DNA of 64,000 nt from Candidatus Pelearchaeum maunauluense. GTDB taxonomy: Archaea > Thermoproteota > Nitrososphaeria_A > Caldarchaeales > Caldarchaeaceae. Location of the stretch: contig JANVYQ010000002.1 of the NCBI GenBank assembly GCA_030059675.1, positions 128,001 through 192,000 of the forward strand, written 5' to 3'. Below the pieces are notes generated by a model. The model was not told where the DNA came from. It was given only the letters and a program-made list of their open reading frames with translations, and did not search any database. Positions 8,908-19,445 of this stretch are shown piece after piece. Within the stretch, counting starts at the first letter, position 1. The number at the start of each line of letters is the position of its first letter. The position numbers and the translations under genes were made by a program.

Positions 8908-9654
8908 ATGGCGTTAGGCATAGCTGGAGCGTATGATAGGGCTATTACGGTCTTCTCCCCGCAGGGGAGGTTGTATCAGGTTGAATATGCTCTAGAAACC
9001 GTAAGGTCAGGCTCAACTGCCCTCGCGGTAACGTGTAAAGAAGGTGTAGTAATGGCTGTTGAAGAGAGGATGCACACAAGGCTTCAGAACCCCGACTTCT
9101 CGTGGAAGCTCTTCCAAGTTGATGAGCATATAGGCGCGGCAGCGGCTGGTCTTAATTCTGACGCCCGCGTGCTGGTGGATAACGCGAGAATCTACTCCCA
9201 GACGCTCAGGCTCTCCTATGATGAGGAGCCAACCATAGAGGCCGTGGCCAAACGCGTTGGAGACATAATGCAGATATACACACAGCACGGTGGCGTCAGG
9301 CCATTCGGCGCTGCGCTACTAATAAGCGGCGTAGATAGAACAGGCTCACGCCTCTTCTATGCCGAGCCAAGCGGCTTAGTTCTAGAATACGCTGCATGGG
9401 CCATAGGCAGGGGCGCAGACCGCGTAAAAGAAATGTTTGAGAACTCTTACAAGAAGGAGATGACACTTGACGAGGCTGTAAAGCTAGCCCTCCAAGCACT
9501 CGTTTCGTCAGTTGATAAGATTGATGAGGGCTGGACGGTGAGGCTAGTCAAGATACCCGCGGCAACGAAGACCTACACACAAGTCCCCCCAACAGAGCTA
9601 GACCCAATCCTAGCCCCCCTCCTAGAGGAGAAGAAAAAGGGCGGGCAGAGGTAA
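8908..9654 (+). CDS. psmA: Proteasome alpha subunit
   Basis: YDRAITVFSPQGRLYQVEYA; RPFG. Confidence 0.97.
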   Translation: MALGIAGAYDRAITVFSPQGRLYQVEYALETVRSGSTALAVTCKEGVVMAVEERMHTRLQNPDFSWKLFQVDEHIGAAAAGLNSDARVLVDNARIYSQTLRLSYDEEPTIEAVAKRVGDIMQIYTQHGGVRPFGAALLISGVDRTGSRLFYAEPSGLVLEYAAWAIGRGADRVKEMFENSYKKEMTLDEAVKLALQALVSSVDKIDEGWTVRLVKIPAATKTYTQVPPTELDPILAPLLEEKKKGGQR

Positions 9655-10346
9655 TGCCGAAACAAACATACACGATAGCAAGGCTTGAGAGGGGAGGAAC
9701 TACATTCGAGATACTGGTAAACCCAGATAACGCGCTCAAGTACAAGATGGGCGAGAAGGTGCCTCTCTCCAAGATAATCATTTACGAGGAGGTCTACAAG
9801 GACTGGAAGAAGGGTACGCGCGCCTCCGAGTCTGAGCTGAAGAAGGCGTTTGGAGCCACTGACTTCATGAAGATAGCAGAACGGATACTGGAGCAGGGTG
9901 AGCTGCAGGTAACGGCGGAGCAGAGGCGCAAGCTCATCGAGGAGAAGAGGAGGCAAATAATCGACTTCATCTCTAGGAACGCTATAGACCCGCGCACCAA
10001 TATGCCCCACCCAGCTCAGAGGATAGAGCTGGCTCTGGAGGAGATAGGGGTCTCGATAGACCCGTTCGTTGATGCGCAACAGCAGGCGATGAAGGTGATA
10101 GAGCGGCTCTCGCGGGTCTTGCCACTGAAGATTGGGATGATGCGCGTAAAGATACGGATGCCTGGCGAGTTCGTCGGCCAGGCTTACGGCATAGTGAGGA
10201 GCATGGGTAAGATACTCCACGAAGAATGGCGCGGGGACGGGAGCTGGGTCTGCGAGGCGGAGCTACCCACAGGCCTACACACAGAATTAATAGAGAAGCT
10301 CAACAAACTATGTAGTGGAAGAGTTGAGGTAACACCTGTCAGCTAA
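9654..10346 (+). CDS. Ribosome maturation factor SBDS/Sdo1
   Basis: IARL...FEILV; GELQVTAEQRR; DPRTNMPHP; superoperon position. Confidence 0.95.
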   Translation: MPKQTYTIARLERGGTTFEILVNPDNALKYKMGEKVPLSKIIIYEEVYKDWKKGTRASESELKKAFGATDFMKIAERILEQGELQVTAEQRRKLIEEKRRQIIDFISRNAIDPRTNMPHPAQRIELALEEIGVSIDPFVDAQQQAMKVIERLSRVLPLKIGMMRVKIRMPGEFVGQAYGIVRSMGKILHEEWRGDGSWVCEAELPTGLHTELIEKLNKLCSGRVEVTPVS

Positions 10347-10370
10347 TAACGAGAAGGTGGATAGGGGGAG

Positions 10371-11057
10371 ATGTACTACTTCAACGAGAAGGAGATAGTC
10401 GTCCCAGGGCAGCTCTTGGCAGACGACCCTAAGAAGAGCGGGCCTGGCACGTATGTGCTGGACGGGAAGGTATACGCGGCGCACGCGGGGCTGCCCAAGC
10501 TACGGGATGGGGTAGTGGTCGTCATCCCGCTCAAGGGGCCGTATAAGCCCGAAGCAGGCGACTGGATTGTGGGCGTGGTTACAGACGTTAAGCCCAGCTC
10601 CATAGAAGTGGATTTGGGCGGCTACATGACCGCTGTCCTCAAATACCCTGAAAGGCAGGGGCCGCCGGAGGGTCTTACGGTGGGCGATGTGATATACGCG
10701 CGGGTAAAGAGCAGCAACATACGCGGCGTATTCCTAGAATCCGAGGAGATGAAGAAGCTCACCAACGGAATCATAATATCCATGACACCCGCGCGCATCC
10801 CACGCCTAATCGGGAGGAAAGGCTCCATGATAGCCCTGCTCAAAAAGGAGACAGGCTGCAACTTCTGGGTCGGTAGAAATGGTTTAATAGTCGTGAGCGG
10901 GAAGTCGTCGGAAGGGGAGTCCGCAGCAATCTCAGCAATAAGGGTTGTTGAGAAAGAAGCTCATTCTCAAGGTTTAACAGATAGGGTGGCTGCGCTCCTC
11001 AAGTCGGCAAAGGGAAGAAATCATGATGACAGAGAGCAAGGAGATAAAGCTAATTGA
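10371..11057 (+). CDS. rrp4: Exosome RNA-binding subunit Rrp4
   Basis: VVPGQ; S1 and KH domains; [13 protein letters not shown]; VGRNG. Confidence 0.93.
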   Translation: MYYFNEKEIVVPGQLLADDPKKSGPGTYVLDGKVYAAHAGLPKLRDGVVVVIPLKGPYKPEAGDWIVGVVTDVKPSSIEVDLGGYMTAVLKYPERQGPPEGLTVGDVIYARVKSSNIRGVFLESEEMKKLTNGIIISMTPARIPRLIGRKGSMIALLKKETGCNFWVGRNGLIVVSGKSSEGESAAISAIRVVEKEAHSQGLTDRVAALLKSAKGRNHDDREQGDKAN

Positions 11058-11760
11058 TGAAGAGGGTAGGCGTGTAGATGGGCGTAAGCCTGACGAGCTC
11101 AGGCCTATAAGGATTGAGGCAGGCGTCCTTGAGAAGAGCGACGGCTCGGCTTACATAGAAGTTGGGAGAACCAAGATATTCGCAGCGGTTTTCGGACCGC
11201 GCGAGGTTCATCCCAAGCATCTTGAGCTGCCCGATAGAGCTGTGCTCAACTGCCGATACCACATGGCGAGCTTCAGCGTTGATGAGCGCAAACCGCTGGG
11301 GATGACGCGGAGGGAGATAGAGCTTTCCAAGGTTCTTAGAGAAGCGCTGGAGACCGTCGTCTTCTTGGAGGAGTTCCCAAGAACGATGATTGACGTCTTC
11401 GTGGAGGTCATACAGGCTGACGGTGGAACGCGGACGGCTGGAATTACAGCAGCATCACTCGCCTTGGCTGACGCAGGAATACCGATGAGCGACCTTATAG
11501 CGGCGACTGCCGTCGGCAAAGTAGCTGGAACACTAGTCTTGGACATCAACGACATAGAGGACAAGTATGGCGAGGCTGACATGCCAGTAGCCATGACGCC
11601 GCGTAGAAATTCTATAGTTCTCCTGCAGCTTAACGGTAGGATGACCAGCGAGGAGCTGAAGAAAGCTTTGGAGATGGCTAGTCAGGGAATCAAGAAGATA
11701 TACCAGCTCCAGATAGAGGCGCTGAAAAAGAGGTACAGCGTAGTATCGCTTGAAGAGTAG
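11023..11760 (+). CDS. rrp41: Exosome catalytic subunit Rrp41
   Basis: [11 protein letters not shown]; GPREVHPKH; QADGGTR. Confidence 0.97.
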   Translation: MMTESKEIKLIDEEGRRVDGRKPDELRPIRIEAGVLEKSDGSAYIEVGRTKIFAAVFGPREVHPKHLELPDRAVLNCRYHMASFSVDERKPLGMTRREIELSKVLREALETVVFLEEFPRTMIDVFVEVIQADGGTRTAGITAASLALADAGIPMSDLIAATAVGKVAGTLVLDINDIEDKYGEADMPVAMTPRRNSIVLLQLNGRMTSEELKKALEMASQGIKKIYQLQIEALKKRYSVVSLEE

Positions 11761-11770
11761 GTGGAACAGC

Positions 11771-12601
11771 ATGTCGCTTAGCACGAAATCCCCCAGGATG
11801 TCGCCCATCAAGATAATGCAGAACAGGATTTACGAGCTTCTCAAGCAGGGGAAGCGCATAGACGGGAGGGCTCCACACGAGATAAGGCCAGTGAGCATAA
11901 GCACCTCAGTAATAGAGAAGGCTGATGGCTCGGCTATGGTTTCTATGGGCGGTACAAAGATACTCACGGGTATTAAGGTGGAGACGGGAACGCCCTACTC
12001 GGACAGGCCTAATGAGGGGGTCTTTACGGTTAATGCGGAGCTCCTGCCACTAGCCTCGGCGTCGTTTGAGCCAGGCCCTCCAGATGAACGCGCAGTAGAG
12101 CTGGCGCGTATAGTTGATAGATGCATACGCGAAAGCCGCGCGATAGACTTGGAGAAACTGGTTATAACGGAGGGGGAGAGGGTCTATATGCTCTACATAG
12201 ACATATACGTCCTTGACTATGACGGGAACTACTTTGACCCCGCTGTTCTCTCCGCTGTTGCGGCGCTGGCTACGTGCAAGATACCGCGCTACGAGGTGAG
12301 GAATGGTAAGCTGGAGCGTGTTGAGGGCGAGAGTATGAAAACCCCAATCCGCACAATACCAGTTAGCGTAATGATAGGCGTGATACAGGATAGGCTTTTG
12401 GTAGACCCGTCGCCGATGGAGGAACGCGCCCTAGATACATCGGTAATACTGGGCTACGACTCAGACTCAAACATCGTCTCAATACAGAAGAACGCGCCTG
12501 GGCTTTTATCCCTAAATATAATGGAGCAGATCATCGAGCTGGGTAGCAAGAAGGCGGAGGAGCTTAGGTCTATACTTGTGGAGGCGGTTGGTCTTGGCTA
12601 G
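11771..12601 (+). CDS. rrp42: Exosome subunit Rrp42
   Basis: RIDGR; FEPGPPDERAVELARIVDR; DGN; ATG 11771 follows an SD-like AGGTGG. Confidence 0.96.
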   Translation: MSLSTKSPRMSPIKIMQNRIYELLKQGKRIDGRAPHEIRPVSISTSVIEKADGSAMVSMGGTKILTGIKVETGTPYSDRPNEGVFTVNAELLPLASASFEPGPPDERAVELARIVDRCIRESRAIDLEKLVITEGERVYMLYIDIYVLDYDGNYFDPAVLSAVAALATCKIPRYEVRNGKLERVEGESMKTPIRTIPVSVMIGVIQDRLLVDPSPMEERALDTSVILGYDSDSNIVSIQKNAPGLLSLNIMEQIIELGSKKAEELRSILVEAVGLG

Positions 12602-12818
12602 TAAGCGTAGGGATGTGAATCCTGCGGGTGGCTTTGGGGCCAGGTATGGCTCCACCGTCAGGAAGCGGTGGGTAGAGACTATACTGAGCGTCCGCGACCG
12701 CTATGACTGCCCGCGATGCGAGACGCGCAACGTCCGCCGCGTGGCTGCTGGAATATGGATGTGCAGACGCTGCGGGTATAAATTCGCAGGCCAGGCATAT
12801 ACGCCATCAGCGAGGTGA
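12594..12818 (+). CDS. rpl37ae: 50S ribosomal protein L37Ae (eL43)
   Basis: FGARYGSTVRK; CPRC...GIWMCRRCG...AYTP; TTG 12594. Confidence 0.95.
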   Translation: MASKRRDVNPAGGFGARYGSTVRKRWVETILSVRDRYDCPRCETRNVRRVAAGIWMCRRCGYKFAGQAYTPSAR

Positions 12819-13081
12819 GCAGAATGGCGCGGGTTAGGATTCTAGTTAATGTGGGTGCAGCATCCGAGGAGAGGAGAATAGCTCTCGCAGCGCTCAAGCC
12901 TGAGTTAGCCTCCCTCAACACCAGAAGAACCAGCGCCAACCTAAGTCAAGATGAGAATAATCTAAGACTGGAGATAATGGCTGATGATATAGTCGCCGCA
13001 CGCGCAGCCGCTAACTCGTTTATCAGGCTCTTGGATATAGCGTTAGGTGCGAGAGAGGTGGTGAGTAGTGTCGTCGGGTAG
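12815..13081 (+). CDS. pcc1: KEOPS subunit Pcc1
   Basis: LKPE...LEIMADDIVAARAAANSFIRLL; canonical superoperon position. Confidence 0.85.
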   Translation: MSRMARVRILVNVGAASEERRIALAALKPELASLNTRRTSANLSQDENNLRLEIMADDIVAARAAANSFIRLLDIALGAREVVSSVVG

Positions 13082-13430
13082 GGAGATACCGCCCAGCGTA
13101 CAGCAGCAGATAGTACGGCTACAGCAGTTGCAACAGAGTCTAGGGGTATTATTGGCGGAGAAGCAAAGAGTGGAGACGGAGCTAGCCGAGATAAACAACG
13201 CGCTGGAAGAGCTTAACAAGTCAGACGACAACATAGTGGTATTCAAGGCGGTGGGCCCTGTTCTGGTTCAGACGACTAAAGACAAGATGCTGGCTGAGCT
13301 AAACGAGAGGCGCGAGCTGGCTGATACGAGGCTTAAGGTTCTTGAAAGGCAGGAAGCTAGGACACGCTCTCAGCTTGACACCCTACAGAAAGAGGTTCAA
13401 CGCGCGCTAAGCGGACAAACGCCGACATGA
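13068..13430 (+). CDS. pfdB: Prefoldin beta subunit
   Basis: Coiled coil with VFKAVGPVLV hairpin; 120 aa. Confidence 0.93.
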   Translation: MSSGREIPPSVQQQIVRLQQLQQSLGVLLAEKQRVETELAEINNALEELNKSDDNIVVFKAVGPVLVQTTKDKMLAELNERRELADTRLKVLERQEARTRSQLDTLQKEVQRALSGQTPT

Positions 13431-14437
13431 GAAAACCTGAGCTGGTAGCCGCGCTGCATGAATGCCTACTAGAAGAATCACGTGGAAAGAATGTCGCGGT
13501 TATAACGCACTGGGGAGGGGATGCCGACTCAATAGGAGCGGCATATGTCCTCAGGAATCTCCTAAAAGAAGAGTATAACGCGTCGCGCGTGAGCTTTACA
13601 ATACCAGACACGGCAACGGCGCATTCAAAGGCAATATTGTCGCGGCTGGGGATGGAGCTGGAACCCGTGGAGGATTCAAATCTCTTCATCTTGGTTGATG
13701 TGGGCTCCCTTGAACAGTTGGGAGAGCTTCTCCAAGTCGTTATGGATTCGGAGAAAAAGCCCATCCTGATAGACCATCATCTCCATTGCGACTATGGGGG
13801 AAGCATGGTTAGGCAGTTCTGCTCAGACGAGTATCAGGCAACCGCTGAGATAATACTAGACCTGGCGCTTTACGCTGGTAGGAAACTAACGCACGGGGAT
13901 GCGGAGGCGCTCTTTCTCGGCATGTATTATGATACGGCGCGGCTCTCAATAGCTGATGAGGAGACCATGATGAAGGTCTGCCAGCTCGCGAAGATGGGTG
14001 TGAAGCCAGCGGATGTTTTAATAGGCCTAGAGATGGTCATGGACGAGTCGGAGCGGATAGCGCGCCTCAAGGCAGCTAGGAGGATGAGCTTCTACCGCAT
14101 AGCCGGGTGGCTGGTGGCAACTTCAACGGTAAGCGCCTTCCAGACATCAGCGGCCCGCGCCCTCATATCACTCGGAGCACACGTAGCCCTTGTGGCAGGA
14201 CAGGAGAACGACGAGACAACCCTCTCACTGAGAGCGCAGCCAGAGTTTGTCCGTAGAACCGCAATAAGCATGGGAGACGCCCTAACCAGCAGGATTCGCG
14301 AGAAATACGGGGGAACAGGCGGGGGCCACGCCTCAGTAGCTAGGGTGAAATGCCGCGCAGGCGCGGAAGAAGTATTAGAATACGCTCTCAAATTATTAGA
14401 GACGAAGCTGGGCGCGAAGGCTCAGCAGGTGTCATAA
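13427..14437 (+). CDS. DHH family phosphoesterase
   Basis: THWGGDADSIG, LVDV, IDHH, GGGH. Confidence 0.9.
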   Translation: MRKPELVAALHECLLEESRGKNVAVITHWGGDADSIGAAYVLRNLLKEEYNASRVSFTIPDTATAHSKAILSRLGMELEPVEDSNLFILVDVGSLEQLGELLQVVMDSEKKPILIDHHLHCDYGGSMVRQFCSDEYQATAEIILDLALYAGRKLTHGDAEALFLGMYYDTARLSIADEETMMKVCQLAKMGVKPADVLIGLEMVMDESERIARLKAARRMSFYRIAGWLVATSTVSAFQTSAARALISLGAHVALVAGQENDETTLSLRAQPEFVRRTAISMGDALTSRIREKYGGTGGGHASVARVKCRAGAEEVLEYALKLLETKLGAKAQQVS

Positions 14438-14443
14438 TGACCC

Positions 14444-15295
14444 ATGCCAATAATAGAGGTAAGCTCGCTAAACTACAGGTATGTGGGGCAGAGGGACTAT
14501 GTTCTACGCGATATTAGCTTCATGGTTAATGAGGGCGAGTTCGTCCTAATAGTGGGCCCCAGCGGCTGCGGTAAATCAACCCTATGCAGGTGTCTTAACG
14601 GGCTTATTCCCCATTTTTACGAGGGGGATTTGGAGGGTGATGTATGGGTTGCTGGGCATAGAGTAAGAGAAACACCCACGCATGTCTTATCGCAGCATGT
14701 CGGGATGGTCTTTCAAAACCCGCAAAACCAGCTCTTCTCCCTAAGCGTTGAGAATGATGTCGCCTTCGCGCTGGAGAACCTAAGCCTGCCGAGGGAGGAG
14801 ATAAGGCGACGGGTAGATGAGGTCTTGAGCCTGCTGGGTATAACAGAGCTCCGCGACCGCTCGCCATTTGAGCTTTCAGGAGGCCAGCAGCAGAAGGTAG
14901 CGATAGCCTCAGTACTAGCCATGAGGCCGCGTATAATAATCTTGGACGAGCCAACATCATTCCTAGACCCCGCATCATCCCTCAACCTCATCGAAACAAT
15001 AGATAGGATTAGAAAGAGCCTCGGCCTTACCGTGTTGCTGGTTGAGCATAGAATAGAGCTGGCGGCTCCCAGAGCTAACAGGCTAATCGTAATGAATAAT
15101 GGCCAGATAGTATATGACGGGAACCCAGCCGAATTCTTTGAACGTTATGACGCACATAGCTATGGTGTGTATGTCCCGAAAGTTGTTAGGCTGGCACGCG
15201 AGGTGAATAAGCATGTCCGTCTCTTCAACAAGCCGCCGCTGAGTCCAGAAGAGTTTGAAGAGCGGGTGAGGATGTTTGCCAGCCGTAGAGTTTGA
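14444..15295 (+). CDS. ecfA1: ECF transporter ATPase A
   Basis: GPSGCGKST, FQNP, LSGGQQQ, LDEP. Confidence 0.92.
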   Translation: MPIIEVSSLNYRYVGQRDYVLRDISFMVNEGEFVLIVGPSGCGKSTLCRCLNGLIPHFYEGDLEGDVWVAGHRVRETPTHVLSQHVGMVFQNPQNQLFSLSVENDVAFALENLSLPREEIRRRVDEVLSLLGITELRDRSPFELSGGQQQKVAIASVLAMRPRIIILDEPTSFLDPASSLNLIETIDRIRKSLGLTVLLVEHRIELAAPRANRLIVMNNGQIVYDGNPAEFFERYDAHSYGVYVPKVVRLAREVNKHVRLFNKPPLSPEEFEERVRMFASRRV

Positions 15296-16097
15296 GCACG
15301 TCTCTTACCAGTATAAAAGCGGCGTTAAAGCCCTAGATGATGTTAGCTTCACCATTGAGCGGGGAGAGCTAGTAGTCCTAATGGGCGAGAACGGCTCAGG
15401 AAAGACTACGATACTCAAACATTTAAACGGCTTGCTCAAACCCACCGAGGGCCGCGTGGTAATAGACGGCACTGATACCCGTACAGCGACGGTAGCGCAG
15501 CTGGCCGCTAAAGTTGGGCTAGTCTTCCAGAACGCGGAGGAGATGTTCTTTGAATCAACTGTGAGGGAGGAAGTGGCCTTCGCTCTAAAAAACTTCGGAT
15601 ACAGTGAGGATGTGGTTAAGAGGCGTGTTGAGTGGGCGCTCAGATTCATGGAACTTGACGCCTATGCCGAGAATTCGCCGTTCATCTTGAGCGGTGGTGA
15701 GAAGAAACGGCTAGCCCTGGCGATAGTGCTGGCATGGGGGCCTGAAATAATAGCGCTGGACGAGCCGACGATTGGCCAGGATAGCCTACAGAAAGAGAAA
15801 ATGGCAGAGATGGTTAGGCTCCTCAACACGCAGGGAAAGACTGTGATAATGGCCAGCCATGATGTTGAGTTTGTGGCAGACCTGAGCCCAAGAATAATCC
15901 TACTATCGCGGGGCAAGGTTATGGGCGATGGAGATGCTGAGGAAGTGCTCACAGATATGGAGAAGCTAGCCAAATGCTCCATACTCCCACCACAGGTGGT
16001 AGCGACACTCAACAGACTACAAGACCTAAGCATAACCCGCAGAACCCTAAGCGTAGAAGCGGCAGCACGCGAAGTGGTGGAGAAGATATGGCGCTAA
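15276..16097 (+). CDS. ecfA2: ECF transporter ATPase A'
   Basis: GENGSGKTT, LSGGEKKR, DEPTIGQD. Confidence 0.92.
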   Translation: MPAVEFEHVSYQYKSGVKALDDVSFTIERGELVVLMGENGSGKTTILKHLNGLLKPTEGRVVIDGTDTRTATVAQLAAKVGLVFQNAEEMFFESTVREEVAFALKNFGYSEDVVKRRVEWALRFMELDAYAENSPFILSGGEKKRLALAIVLAWGPEIIALDEPTIGQDSLQKEKMAEMVRLLNTQGKTVIMASHDVEFVADLSPRIILLSRGKVMGDGDAEEVLTDMEKLAKCSILPPQVVATLNRLQDLSITRRTLSVEAAAREVVEKIWR

Positions 16098-16888
16098 GCC
16101 TCTTTGAAGGACTAAGGTTCAAACCAGGAAAAAGCTTTGTCCACAAGCTGGACCCCCGCGCAAAGCTTCTCACATCACTACTCATACTGATAACAGCCTT
16201 CATGTATACTGATGTAGTGATAATATCCATACTACTGTTCCTTGAATATGTTCTGATAAGAGTGGCTGGGGTGAGCGGGATGTGGCTTAAGACACTGCGC
16301 GGAGCACTACCCCTAGCGACTATAATCTTCGTCATAACATTCTTCACGCGCATGACTGATAAGGGGATAACATTCATAACATTCTACGAATCATTCGCCT
16401 TCGCCTACCGTCTAGTTGTCTTCCTCTCGTCCTTCTCCCTATTCTTCCTCACCACCACGCCAGAAGAGATAACGCTAACCCTAACGAAACTCAGAATACC
16501 ATATCAATACACATTCGCCTTCGTATCAGCGATAAGATTCACGCCAGTACTTGCGGAAGAGATGCAGAGCATAATGGACGCGCAGCGGGCGCGGGGTCTT
16601 GAGCTGGATAAGGGCGGTTTCCTACAGCGTATCAGAAAAATGATACCCGTGCTAGTTCCGTTATTGGTAAATGTCTTACGCCGCTCCTATGAGCTGGCCG
16701 AGGCTATGGAGGTGAAGTGCTTCGGAGTTTCAAAGAATAGGACATACCTTAAAGAGCTGAGACCAACGGGCAAAGATTATGCGTTTACTGCGGTGGTTAT
16801 CGCGCTCTTTACCATAGTTGTCGTAGCTAGGATTTTCTACATTCAGCCAGCTCTCCACATCTTTGGTTCTCTCGGCCTTTTAGGCTAG
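16088..16888 (+). CDS. ecfT: ECF transporter T component
   Basis: HKLDPRAK; AQRARG; AME motif; ATG 16088. Confidence 0.92.
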   Translation: MALSLFEGLRFKPGKSFVHKLDPRAKLLTSLLILITAFMYTDVVIISILLFLEYVLIRVAGVSGMWLKTLRGALPLATIIFVITFFTRMTDKGITFITFYESFAFAYRLVVFLSSFSLFFLTTTPEEITLTLTKLRIPYQYTFAFVSAIRFTPVLAEEMQSIMDAQRARGLELDKGGFLQRIRKMIPVLVPLLVNVLRRSYELAEAMEVKCFGVSKNRTYLKELRPTGKDYAFTAVVIALFTIVVVARIFYIQPALHIFGSLGLLG

Positions 16889-18038
16889 ATAGACGAGCAA
16901 GCCTCCTACCAGCCTCCTCCAGAATGTCCAGATGACGCGCAAACTGGAATCTCACAATATCTTTACGCCATCCATCATGGTAAAAGCTGCTCCCAGGAAC
17001 TACCGCCACACCAACCTCCCTAACCAGAAACTCGGCAAAAGAGCTGTCATCTTCGAAGCCGAATTCAGTTATGTCGGCCAAAACAAAATATGCGGCCTGC
17101 GGCTTATAGTATTTGAACCCATTTTCCCCAAGAACGCGTAGCATCACCATCCTCCGCTTGTTGTACTGTTCCACCAGCCAGCGATAGTATTCGTCAGGCA
17201 AGGACAGGGCGGTAGCGGCGGCCTCCTGAAGCGGATTAGGCGCCCCCACAGTCAAAAACTCATGTATCTTCTTCACACCCTCCAGAAGCCCCTGCTCGCC
17301 GATAACCCAGCCAACACGCCATCCAGTAGCGTTATACGTCTTCGATATCCCACTTATCGTGAGAGTACGCTCAAACATCCCGTCAAGAGAAGCCAGACTA
17401 ATATGCTTAAGCCCGTCATATATTATGTATTCATAGACCTCATCAACTATCGCTATTACATCATAATCTATGCAGAGGTCTCTGATTAGTTTAAGTTCCT
17501 CGCATGTGAAAACCTTACCAGAAGGATTGTTAGGATTGTTGAGTATCACAAGCTTCGTCTTGTTAGTAAAGGCGTTTTTCAGCTCCTCTTCATCAACCGC
17601 GAAGCTGGGCGGCTTAAGCTCAACAAACCGCGGAACACCACCAGCCAATAATGTGTCTGGCACGTAATTCTCGTAGAACGGCTCAAAAACAACAACCTCC
17701 TCACCAGGCTCAACCAACGAGAGAATCGACGCAACCATTCCCTCCGTGGTTCCGCAAGTAACCACAACCTCCGTCTCTGGGTCAATCTCTATGTTATTAT
17801 ACTTCCTAACACGCTCCGCCAGGGCTTGACGTAGCCGCGGACTACCCCACGCTATCGCGTATTGATTATAGCCTGCGTCAAGCGCCTGCTTAGCGGCATC
17901 CAAGACTTCTCTGGGAGGGTTGAAGTCAGGAGACCCCTGAGCAAGGTTGACTGCACGGTATTTGGCCGCGAGCTGTGACATCAACCTGATCACCGACTCA
18001 GGGAAGTAGCCAACTCTAGAAGCAAGATACTTGCTCAT
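16827..18038 (-). CDS. PLP-dependent class I/II aminotransferase
   Basis: NLAQGSPD, NNPNNPSG, DEVY, SKTYNATGWRVG. Confidence 0.92.
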   Translation of the reverse strand: MSKYLASRVGYFPESVIRLMSQLAAKYRAVNLAQGSPDFNPPREVLDAAKQALDAGYNQYAIAWGSPRLRQALAERVRKYNNIEIDPETEVVVTCGTTEGMVASILSLVEPGEEVVVFEPFYENYVPDTLLAGGVPRFVELKPPSFAVDEEELKNAFTNKTKLVILNNPNNPSGKVFTCEELKLIRDLCIDYDVIAIVDEVYEYIIYDGLKHISLASLDGMFERTLTISGISKTYNATGWRVGWVIGEQGLLEGVKKIHEFLTVGAPNPLQEAAATALSLPDEYYRWLVEQYNKRRMVMLRVLGENGFKYYKPQAAYFVLADITEFGFEDDSSFAEFLVREVGVAVVPGSSFYHDGWRKDIVRFQFARHLDILEEAGRRLARLSSLKGRENQRCGELAECRKS

Positions 18039-18088
18039 ACAGTAATACACCTACTATCAATCCAATTCTGTGCGGGGGAGCCAGCTCA

Positions 18089-18652
18089 CTAATGATAGGT
18101 TATAAGCTCCTTCTCTTCAAGCATCTCTTGTAGGCGATGGACCGCGTCGTAGACGTCGCGCTCGTATTTCGCACCCGTACATACTAGCTTGCCGCTGGCG
18201 AACATCAGGATAACCACCTTGGGGTTATTCATCCTATATATGAGTCCTGGGAACTGCTCAGGCTCGTACATAACGTTCTCCAAGATTGTAGCTGCCTTCT
18301 CCAAATCTATTCTGCCGTGAAGGTCTATTGAAGCTACTATGTTCTGTATCTCTATTTGGGGCTCCTCGCGTATAAGGAAGTTCTCCTTCCTCAGGAGTTT
18401 GACTACGGTCTTCACAGCCTTAATGGATTCCTCCTCGTTTTTCGCTCCTGTACAGACCATCTTGCCGCTGCTGAAGATTAGCGTGGCTGTCTTGGGCTTT
18501 GCAAGCCTAAAAACAAGGCCTGGAAACTGGGCTGGCTTATACTCCACATCTGGGAAAGTACGCTGTATCTGCGCCAGGTCTAGACGCTGGAACAAAGTAA
18601 CGCTGGCAACAACATTCTGTATCTCTATCTTTGGCTGTGGCCCTTTAGGCAT
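18089..18652 (-). CDS. tbp: TATA-binding protein
   Basis: Two repeats of IQN(V/I)VAS...QFPGL...F(S/A)SGK(M/L)VCTGAK. Confidence 0.98.
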   Translation of the reverse strand: MPKGPQPKIEIQNVVASVTLFQRLDLAQIQRTFPDVEYKPAQFPGLVFRLAKPKTATLIFSSGKMVCTGAKNEEESIKAVKTVVKLLRKENFLIREEPQIEIQNIVASIDLHGRIDLEKAATILENVMYEPEQFPGLIYRMNNPKVVILMFASGKLVCTGAKYERDVYDAVHRLQEMLEEKELITYH

Positions 18653-18677
18653 GTAGCTGGCTCGCCTTGTCTGCTCT

Positions 18678-18707
18678 GTTTAAAAACCCTTTATAAGCCT
18701 TTATAAG
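18678..18707 (-). promoter_or_regulatory. Three TATA-like boxes about 10 bp apart upstream of tbp
   Basis: Minus strand reads CTTATAAAGG CTTATAAAGG GTTTTTAAAC; exact 10-bp tandem repeat at 18688-18707. Confidence 0.55.
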
Positions 18708-18776
18708 CACGGCATAGAATGCAGCCCAACAAAGGCGCCATAGGGTGTAGAGGCATCTGGTTGGCCGTCGCTGGCC

Positions 18777-19445
18777 TTAAACAGCCTCGGCGGGGAGTAG
18801 AGACTCAAGCATGACATCCTCTATGTCTGACTCTAGCCTACGCGCAAATTCCTCCTTAAACAGAATCTTCACCTCATCTAGATTGTAACTTCGGCCTTTA
18901 ATTTTCTGAAGCGATGTTATCACGCTACTCTCCATACCACAAGGCCTTATACGTGTGAAATATGAGAGGTCTGTATTCACGTTGAGCGCTATACCATGGT
19001 ATGTTACCCAGTGTTTTACCGCAAGTCCTATTGATGCTATCTTTTTCCCACCAACCCACACACCAGGCATACCCTCAACACGCGAGGCCTCAACGCCCAG
19101 CCGACGTAGGGTCGCTATACAGCTCTCCTCAAGAATATTCACAAACTCTTTAACACCCAGCCCACGCTTGTTAAGGTCTATTATAGGATACGCAACCATC
19201 TGGCCTGGCCCGTGATAGGTCGCGTCCCCGCCTCGCTCAATACGATAAACAGGAATACTCCAGTCCAGTATGTTATGCTCGTCGCCTTTCCTGCCTAATG
19301 TGAAGACGTGGGGGTGCTCCACGAGAAGTAGCAAGTCTCCGACTTTTTCTTGTATTCTTAGCTCAACCAGCTTTAGCTGAAGGTTCCAAGTCCATTCATA
19401 GTCCGCATACCCAAGGTCGCAGCATACTATTTTAGCGCGGGGCAA
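18777..19445 (-). CDS. lipB: Octanoyltransferase LipB
   Basis: EHPHVFTLG, RGGDATYHGPGQ, KIASIG, HGIALN, IRPCG. Confidence 0.95.
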   Translation of the reverse strand: MPRAKIVCCDLGYADYEWTWNLQLKLVELRIQEKVGDLLLLVEHPHVFTLGRKGDEHNILDWSIPVYRIERGGDATYHGPGQMVAYPIIDLNKRGLGVKEFVNILEESCIATLRRLGVEASRVEGMPGVWVGGKKIASIGLAVKHWVTYHGIALNVNTDLSYFTRIRPCGMESSVITSLQKIKGRSYNLDEVKILFKEEFARRLESDIEDVMLESLLPAEAV

